Shown piece by piece: positions 57,350-64,000 of a stretch of 64,000 nucleotides of DNA. The stretch lies in assembly GCA_963816395.1 (NCBI GenBank), contig CAWFKQ010000009.1, forward strand, positions 128,001-192,000. The letters are read 5' to 3'. The notes under the pieces are model-generated. The model ran no database searches. It was given only the letters and a program-made list of their open reading frames with translations, and was not told the origin of the DNA. The stretch is from an uncultured delta proteobacterium (GTDB lineage: Bacteria; Desulfobacterota; Desulfuromonadia; Desulfuromonadales; JACZKF01). Within the stretch, counting starts at the first letter, position 1; each line of letters begins with the position of its first letter. The translations under genes were made by a program, and so were the position numbers.

Positions 57350-58417
57350 ATGAAACGACCGATTCTGCTGGCCTGCATGCTCGCTGTAGTTCTGGCGGCC
57401 GGGCAGGCGCAAGGGGAAGAGAGTCTGCTGCAGCAGGCAAGAAGCCTGTTCAAGCCCATTCCCGAGAACCCGCCGGCGTTGAAAAACGATACCCCTTCAC
57501 CGGCAAAAGTTGAGCTGGGGCGGATGCTCTTCTTCGATCCGCGTCTCTCCGCCTCGCACCTGATCAGCTGCAATACCTGCCACAATGTGGGGCTGGGCGG
57601 GGCCGATCTGCAGGAGACTTCGGTCGGCCACGGCTGGCAGAAGGGGCCGCGGAATGCTCCCACCGTTCTCAATTCGGTGTTCAACGTCGCCCAGTTCTGG
57701 GACGGTCGGGCCAAGGATCTGGCCGAGCAGGCAAAAGGCCCGGTGCAGGCCGCAGTGGAGATGAACAGCACCCCGGATCTGGTCCTGGCCACGCTGAACA
57801 GCCTGCCCGAATACAGGACTTTATTTCAAAAGGCCTTTCCCGGGGAGGCGAAGCCGCTGAATTTCGACAACATGGCCAGGGCCATTGAGGTTTTCGAGGC
57901 CACCCTGATCACCCCCGATGCGCCCTTCGATCGTTTCCTGAAGGGGGAGGAGGCGGCCCTCGGAGAGGCGGAAAAGGAAGGGCTGCAGCTGTTCATCGGC
58001 AAGGGCTGCTCGAGCTGCCACAACGGCATCAACGTCGGCGGCAGCGCCTATTACCCTTTCGGGGTGATGGAAAAGCCCAGTGCCGAGATTCGTCCCCCCG
58101 GCGATCTGGGCCGGTTCAAGGTCACTAATACCGCCGCCGACCGCTATGTGTTCAAGGCACCCGCCCTGCGGAATGTCGACCTGACGCCGCCGTATTTTCA
58201 TTCCGGCAAGGTATGGTCCCTAGCGGACGCGGTTGTCCTCATGGGTTCATCCCAGCTGGGTGCCCAGTTGACTGGACCAGAAGCGCAGCGCATCACGAGC
58301 TTTCTCAAAAGCCTGACCGGCAAACAGCCCCAGATCGTCTATCCCCTGCTTCCTCCCACCACCGATGCCACCCCGCACCCGGTTTTAACGGTCGGGACCC
58401 AGGAAAAGAAATCCTAG
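57350..58417 (+). CDS. ccpA: Di-heme cytochrome c peroxidase (CcpA/MacA-like)
   Basis: Signal peptide, CNTCH and CSSCH, FDPRLS, QFWDGRA, PYFHSG. Confidence 0.93.
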   Translation: MKRPILLACMLAVVLAAGQAQGEESLLQQARSLFKPIPENPPALKNDTPSPAKVELGRMLFFDPRLSASHLISCNTCHNVGLGGADLQETSVGHGWQKGPRNAPTVLNSVFNVAQFWDGRAKDLAEQAKGPVQAAVEMNSTPDLVLATLNSLPEYRTLFQKAFPGEAKPLNFDNMARAIEVFEATLITPDAPFDRFLKGEEAALGEAEKEGLQLFIGKGCSSCHNGINVGGSAYYPFGVMEKPSAEIRPPGDLGRFKVTNTAADRYVFKAPALRNVDLTPPYFHSGKVWSLADAVVLMGSSQLGAQLTGPEAQRITSFLKSLTGKQPQIVYPLLPPTTDATPHPVLTVGTQEKKS

Positions 58418-58516
58418 TCGTCCTTAAAGCCCCCGCGCCTGGTGCGGGGGCTGCCGTCTGCCTGGGCGCTATAATAATAAGAAGCCGCAGCGGCGGCAAT
58501 TCCGAATCTTGACCTG

Positions 58517-60673
58517 ATGCCAATGGGACAGGAAAAAATCGTACGCGAGGGACACAATTGCTGGCGTTTGACCGACAGCCGGCGGGCGGCTTTTCTGATC
58601 GATGGGGAGGCGTATTTTGCCGCCTTTGCCGCCGCTGTGGAACGGGCCCGGCATTCGGTGCTGATCCTCGGCTGGGATATCGACAGCCGTATCCGTCTGC
58701 GTCGTGACGGCCGGCGACGACAGCTCCCCGACGAGTTAGGCAAGTTCCTGAATGCGGCGGTCGCCCGCCGCAAGGAATTGAATATATATGTTCTCGACTG
58801 GGATTTCGCCATGCTCTACGCCTTCGAGCGAGAGCCCCTGCCGATTTTCAAGCTTGGCTGGCGTACCCACCGGCGGCTGCATTTCCGCCTCGACAGCCGG
58901 CATCCCATCGGTGCCTCGCATCATCAGAAAATCGTCGTGATCGACGATCGGGTGGCCTTCGCTGGTGGCCTGGATCTCGCCCATGGGCGCTGGGATACCC
59001 CGGAGCATGCACCGGAGGATCCCCGCCGCCGCGACAATGGCCATCTGTGTCCCCCCTTCCATGACGTGCAGATGCTGGTCGATGGCGAGACTGCCGCCGC
59101 CCTCGGAGCGCTGGCCCGGCGCCGTTGGCGGCTGGCCTGCGGTGAGGCGCTGGCTGCGCCGCCGGCGATCGATGACGATCCCTGGCCGCCGTGGGTAGCG
59201 CCGGATTTGCAACAGGTGCAGGTGGCCATCGCCCGCACCGAGCCGGCTATCAACGGCAGCCCGGAAGTGCGGGAGGTGGAGAAACTCTACCATGATGCCA
59301 TCGCTGCGGCCGAATCGGCCATTTACATCGAAAATCAGTACCTGACCTCGGCGGCGATCGGGGGGATGCTGGCTTCCCGCCTGATGGAAGAGAAGGGACC
59401 GGAGGTCCTTCTGGTCCTCCCCCGGGAGTGCTCCGGGTGGTTGGAGGAAAACACCATGGGTGTCCTGCGGGCCCGCGTGCTGCGCCAGTTGCAGGAGGCA
59501 GACCGTTACCGAAAGCTGCGCGTCTGTTATCCGACCACAGCGGGACTCGGCTCCCGCCTGATCAATGTCCATTCCAAAGTTCTGGTGGTGGATGATCGGC
59601 TGGTGCGGATCGGCTCAGCGAACCTCAACAACCGGTCGATGGGGCTGGACACCGAATGCGATCTGGCAGTGGAGGCCGATCGGGAAGAGGTGCGGAGCGC
59701 CATAGCCACCTTTCGCAACCGCCTGCTGGGGGAGCACCTGGGAGTCTCATCGGCGGAAGTGGCGGCGGCGGTGGCCGCTCGCGGTTCCCTGCTGGGGGCA
59801 TTTGATGCGCTGGCCGGCTCCGGGCGGACCCTCGAGCCCCTGGACGACCCGCAGGAGAGCTGGCTGGAAATGGTGGTCCCGGAATGGAAGCTCGTCGATC
59901 CGGAGCGACCGACGGCGATGGAGGAATTCGTCGAGGAGGTTGTTGCCAAAGACCGCGACCGTTCTCTCAGCCGGCGGATGGACCGCCGCTGGCTTTTTTT
60001 GGCCGCGGTTCTCCTGGCGGCACTGGCGCTGGCGGCGGCCTGGCGCTGGACGCCGATGCACGACTGGCTGACCCTCACCACCCTGCAGGGATGGGGAGCG
60101 CGGCTCCGCGGCAGTATCTGGGCGCCTTTCGCGGTGACCGCCTTTTTCATTCTCGGGGCACTACTGATGTTCCCGGTCACCCTCCTCATTTTGGCCACCG
60201 CCCTGGCCTTCACACCGCTGGCGGGGTTTTTCTACGCGCTGTTCGGCAGCCTGGCCAGTGCCCTTGTCATTTACGCCATCGGCCGACGACTGGGCAGGGA
60301 CACCGTCCGTCGACTGGCCGGGTCACGGCTGAACCGGCTCAGCCAGCAACTGGCCCGCCGCGGTCTGATCACCGTAGTGGTGGTTCGCTTTCTGCCGATC
60401 GCCCCTTTCTCTATCGTTAACCTGGTCGCCGGTGCCAGCCACATCCGCTTCCGCGATTTCCTTCTCGGGACTCTGCTCGGCATGGCTCCGGGAATCCTGG
60501 GCATAATCCTCTTCGAACACAGTCTGGTGCGGGCGGTCCGCCAGCCGAAAGCGGAGAATTTTCTCATCATGGCGGCGGTGCTGCTGATCATTTTCGGCCT
60601 CGGCTGGCTGCTGCGCCGCTGGCTGTTCCGCAAGCAGGCCGCCGGTGAGGAGAGGGGGAAGGGGCATGGCTGA
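58517..60673 (+). CDS. Phospholipase D family protein fused to DedA/VTT domain
   Basis: Two HKD motifs (HQKIVVIDD, HSKVLVVDD); C-terminal RFLPIAPFSIVN..G....FLLGT.LG.APG. Confidence 0.92.
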   Translation: MPMGQEKIVREGHNCWRLTDSRRAAFLIDGEAYFAAFAAAVERARHSVLILGWDIDSRIRLRRDGRRRQLPDELGKFLNAAVARRKELNIYVLDWDFAMLYAFEREPLPIFKLGWRTHRRLHFRLDSRHPIGASHHQKIVVIDDRVAFAGGLDLAHGRWDTPEHAPEDPRRRDNGHLCPPFHDVQMLVDGETAAALGALARRRWRLACGEALAAPPAIDDDPWPPWVAPDLQQVQVAIARTEPAINGSPEVREVEKLYHDAIAAAESAIYIENQYLTSAAIGGMLASRLMEEKGPEVLLVLPRECSGWLEENTMGVLRARVLRQLQEADRYRKLRVCYPTTAGLGSRLINVHSKVLVVDDRLVRIGSANLNNRSMGLDTECDLAVEADREEVRSAIATFRNRLLGEHLGVSSAEVAAAVAARGSLLGAFDALAGSGRTLEPLDDPQESWLEMVVPEWKLVDPERPTAMEEFVEEVVAKDRDRSLSRRMDRRWLFLAAVLLAALALAAAWRWTPMHDWLTLTTLQGWGARLRGSIWAPFAVTAFFILGALLMFPVTLLILATALAFTPLAGFFYALFGSLASALVIYAIGRRLGRDTVRRLAGSRLNRLSQQLARRGLITVVVVRFLPIAPFSIVNLVAGASHIRFRDFLLGTLLGMAPGILGIILFEHSLVRAVRQPKAENFLIMAAVLLIIFGLGWLLRRWLFRKQAAGEERGKGHG

Positions 60674-61385
60674 TGCTGGCCTGGAGCGGCGATGCTGCCG
60701 GGTAGCTTCCTACAACATTCATCAGGGTGTCGGTCTGGACGGCCGGTGCGATGTCGGACGGATCGCGGAGGTGATCCGTCAACTGGGCGCAGATATCGTC
60801 GGGCTGCAGGAAGTCAATGCTCCCTTCGGCAAGGACCGGGCTACCATGCAGCTCGATTATCTTTCTGAAGCCACAGCCTTACGGGCCATTGGCGGACCGA
60901 CTATCGAACGCCACGACGGCTATTACGGCAACGCCCTGCTGACCCGTTGCCGGATCGTCGAGGTACGTCGTTTCGACTTGTCTTACCGGCGGCGGGAATC
61001 CCGCGGCGTTCTCGATGTCGAACTGGAGACCGGCAGCGGCCTTATCCGGGTGATCGTCACCCACCTCGGGCTGCTGCCGGCCGAGCGGCGCTATCAGGTC
61101 AAGCTCCTGTTGCAGATCCTCGAGCTATCGCCGGTGCAGCCGGCGATCGTTCTTGGCGATCTCAATGAATGGTTTCTTCTCGGCCGTCCGGCCCGCTGGC
61201 TGCACCGCTATTTCGGCCGGGCACCCGCCCCTCGAACTTTTCCGGCGTTTTCACCGTTGTTTTCCCTCGATCGAATCCTCGCACGTCCCGTGGAGGCGCT
61301 GCTGGAAATCAGCGCCTTGATCACTCCGGTGACCCGGATCGCTTCTGATCACCTGCCTTTAGTGGCGAGAATTCAGCTGCCTTGA
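60666..61385 (+). CDS. Endonuclease/exonuclease/phosphatase family protein (YbhP-like)
   Basis: SYNIH, LQEV, GNALL, THLG, GDLNEW, LDRI, SDHLP. Confidence 0.92.
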   Translation: MADAGLERRCCRVASYNIHQGVGLDGRCDVGRIAEVIRQLGADIVGLQEVNAPFGKDRATMQLDYLSEATALRAIGGPTIERHDGYYGNALLTRCRIVEVRRFDLSYRRRESRGVLDVELETGSGLIRVIVTHLGLLPAERRYQVKLLLQILELSPVQPAIVLGDLNEWFLLGRPARWLHRYFGRAPAPRTFPAFSPLFSLDRILARPVEALLEISALITPVTRIASDHLPLVARIQLP

Positions 61386-61588
61386 AATCGATTGCCCGGA
61401 GCGGATGTGCAACAGGTGCGAGAGGATCTGACTGGATGTTTCCCAGCGCGCTGCCCGGCGGGGTAGCCTGACATCTTCACGCCAAGGGAGAGAGGCCAGC
61501 TAAAGAGAGGCCGGGGAGACAGTGTCATCCGGCAGGTGCAGAAAAGAATAGATAAAGGAAGGCGGCCCGGCCGGACCGCCTTACCAAC

Positions 61589-61936
61589 TCATCCCCACCA
61601 CTGGCTGAGCTTTTTGCGTTGACTCTCCAGCCCCTTCTGGCCGCGGTCGATGGCATCCAGCAGATAATGGCGCCAGTCATCGGCGACTTCTCCCCCCTGT
61701 TCAACAAGATCGGAGGTCTTTTCCGACAAATCCTCCACCATGTCGGTGATTGTCTCCGCGGTATCCCGGATCACCCCTTCCGTCTCATTGCGTACCTTGC
61801 GGGCGTAACGGTTGATCTGACGGCGGGTTTTCTCCCCGCTCTGGGGCGCGTACAGGAGCGCCAGGCCGGCGCCGATGATTCCCCCGGCAATCATCATGAC
61901 TGCCCCTACGGTGGCTTGTCTGTCTTTTTGGGCCAT
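61589..61936 (-). CDS. YtxH-domain protein
   Basis: GGIIGAGLALLYAPQSGEKTR followed by coiled coil. Confidence 0.85.
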   Translation of the reverse strand: MAQKDRQATVGAVMMIAGGIIGAGLALLYAPQSGEKTRRQINRYARKVRNETEGVIRDTAETITDMVEDLSEKTSDLVEQGGEVADDWRHYLLDAIDRGQKGLESQRKKLSQWWG

Positions 61937-62071
61937 CTCTAACCCTCCTTTGGAATGATCATGGAATTTATTAAATCATAAAATCCGGAAGGCGCAAGGG
62001 AAGGGGGTGCTTGAGGCGGAGGATTAATCGTGTTACCTTGAGCGATCATTTGCGAAGGAGGACAGGCAAGG

Positions 62072-63064
62072 ATGATTGCCAAACCGTATGCTGCCATCCT
62101 GGGGACCGGACGGGCCCTGCCGGATCGGATTCTCACCAATGCCGATTTGGCAAAGATGGTAGATAGCAACGATCAGTGGATTGTGGAGCGCACTGGTATT
62201 CGGGAGCGGCGGATCGCCGATCCTGGGACCCCCCTTTCCATGCTGGCGACGGAAGCGGCCCGCAAGGCCCTGGACGGACAGTGGCACGGATGCTGAGGAA
62301 ATCGATCTTATTATTGTCGGCTCGGTGACCGGGGATATGAAGTTTCCCGCTACCGCCTGTCTGGTGCAGGAACAGATCGGCGCCGGAAAAGCGGTGGCTT
62401 TCGATGTCGTCGGCCGCCTGCTCCGGTTTTCTTTACAGCCTGCAGATTGCCGAGGGGATGATGCGCGCCGCCGGCTACCGGCGGGTTTTGGTCATCGGCG
62501 GCGATATCCTCTCCAGTATGGTGAACTGGGAGGATCGCGACACCTGTGTGCTTTTCGGTGATGGGGCCGGGGCGGCAGTCCTGGCGCCGGCTTCCGATGA
62601 GCGGGGGATTCTCAGTACCTGCCTGCGCAGCAACGGTAACTTCAGCCGGCTGCTCTACAATCCCGGCTGCGGCAGCCTGAATCCGCCGACCCCGGAGAAC
62701 GTTCGTGAGAAGCTGCACACCATCCGGATGGAGGGACGGGAGGTTTTTCGCCACGCTGTCGTCTCCATGACCGAGGCCCTGCAGGCGGCTCTCGCGCAGG
62801 CCGGTCTGGAGGCTGCCGACCTGGACCTGCTGATCCCGCACCAGGCGAATCTGCGCATTATTGAGGCGGTTACCAAGCGCTTCGGGCTGCCCGCGGAGAA
62901 GGTTTTCACCAATGTAGATCGGTATCGGCAACACCTCCGCCGCTTCCATTCCGATCGCCCTTGACGAAGCCCGCCGCGCCGGCCTGGTTGAATCCGGGTG
63001 CAAGATCGGGATGGCGACTTTCGGCGCCGGGTTTACCTGGGCCGCCGGAGTGGTGCAATTTTAG
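62072..63064 (+). CDS. fabH: beta-ketoacyl-ACP synthase III (several frameshifts)
   Basis: [35 protein letters not shown]; alternate frame [16 protein letters not shown]. Confidence 0.93.
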
Positions 63065-63261
63065 CGGGCCGGCCTTTTACGTCCGGGGGCCGGGTGAGAG
63101 GGTGTAAGAAGGGGAAAAGAGGACGCAAGCGAGAGCATTCTTCCGACCCCCTCCGGGGGGTAAGCCGCCCTGCGGCGCAGTGCGAAAGAAGCCGGCAAGA
63201 CCGGCCGATGAAATTGGCCCTCCCGTGAAATAAACCTCGGGAGGATTTCCATTTTTCGAAC

Positions 63262-63298
63262 AAAAAAAACGGCCTGGCAGTCTTGCCAGGCCGTTTTT
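63262..63298. terminator. Bidirectional intrinsic terminator
   Basis: A-run-cggcctggca-gtct-tgccaggccg-T-run between convergent genes. Confidence 0.85.
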
Positions 63299-63317
63299 GT
63301 TCGACCTACTGCCCGGG

Positions 63318-64000
63318 CTACTTGCCGCGGAGCGTCTCGAGAATCTTCGGATTGACTTCGTCTTCGGCGAGGATGACGTGGCAGGTGTCGCAGTCGGAGG
63401 GGATGACTTCACCCGATGCCGATTCGTGGCTGCCGTCATGGCAACGGAAGCAGCCGATGTCGAAATTTTCGCCGTGTCCAATCTGATTCACGTAAGTTGC
63501 CCCACTTGATGTTCATCTCGGGGAAGACGTTCTCAGAATAGGCATTCTGCACTCCGGCGATGGCCTTCTCCAGAAGAGCGGGCTGCTGTTTGATCAGATC
63601 CGGATAATTCTTCTGATACCAGGCGTTGAGGTCGGTGGCGATGGCTTTTCGCGCCTCCTCCTGGGTGGAATATTCCTTCTGCACCACCTCCATCGCCTGC
63701 CGCTTGATGAATGGAAGATCCTGGGGGATTTTGCCGGCGAGGATCTTGCCATCGATCGCCTGGGCGGCGGATTTGTAGATGTGCGTCGGACGGTTGTGGC
63801 AGTCGATGCAGTCCATCTCCCGCGGCTCGACTTGCTCGGTCTCGGCGCCCTCTTTTTTATCTTCAGCCCCCTCCGAACGGAAAACGACCTGGGTGCCGTC
63901 CGCCTTGGTCAGGGTGACTTCCGGAATTGAGGTACGGCTCCAGTCTGACGGTTGGTAAACGATCTTGTTCTGCGGCGCCACGTGCCAGTGGACACCGTTG
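63318..64000 (-). CDS. imcH: ImcH-like inner-membrane multiheme cytochrome c, C-terminal part (frameshift near 63498)
   Basis: GVHWHV, MDCIDCHNRPTH, NVFPEM...WG, GCFRCH, DCDTCH; three CxxCH visible; start lies beyond the window. Confidence 0.72.

Noticed and set aside
58517..60673. PLD-type anti-phage nuclease
   Set aside because: The DedA fusion and YbhP-like neighbour point to lipid metabolism; no helicase or methylase partners.

Overview
A GC-rich chromosomal segment whose genes look like Desulfobacterota, probably Desulfuromonadia (Geobacter/Desulfuromonas-like: ImcH-like multiheme cytochrome, CcpA/MacA-like peroxidase, carD-ispD-ispF-glnS...cysS order). The housekeeping backbone is tol-pal, trxB, hemW-hrcA-grpE-dnaK-dnaJ with a perfect CIRCE, lpoA, carD, ispD/F, glnS, cysS, uvrB and fabH. 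Roughly 20 genes, including essential ones, are split by single-base indels, most likely uncorrected long-read errors rather than decay. The accessory parts of most interest are: (1) a complete acyl-homoserine-lactone quorum-sensing cassette (luxR, a 15/20 match to the V. fischeri lux box, luxI) translationally coupled to a degenerate receiver protein and a PAS-GGDEF(dead)-EAL phosphodiesterase; (2) a carboxy-SAM synthase (cmoA) with no cmoB in the window, ATGA-coupled to an LmtA/ICMT-like membrane methyltransferase, suggesting an undescribed Cx-SAM-dependent lipid carboxymethylation; (3) a candidate structured ncRNA with operator-like repeats behind an orphan NarL-type regulator; (4) a Wsp/ACF-like chemosensory cluster between glnS and cysS; (5) an operon joining an acyl-CoA dehydrogenase, a MerA-like flavoprotein lacking the C-terminal cysteines, and a sugar ABC transporter. 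I found no rRNA, tRNA, CRISPR array or transposase. All family assignments are from motif recognition by eye; no database searches were run.
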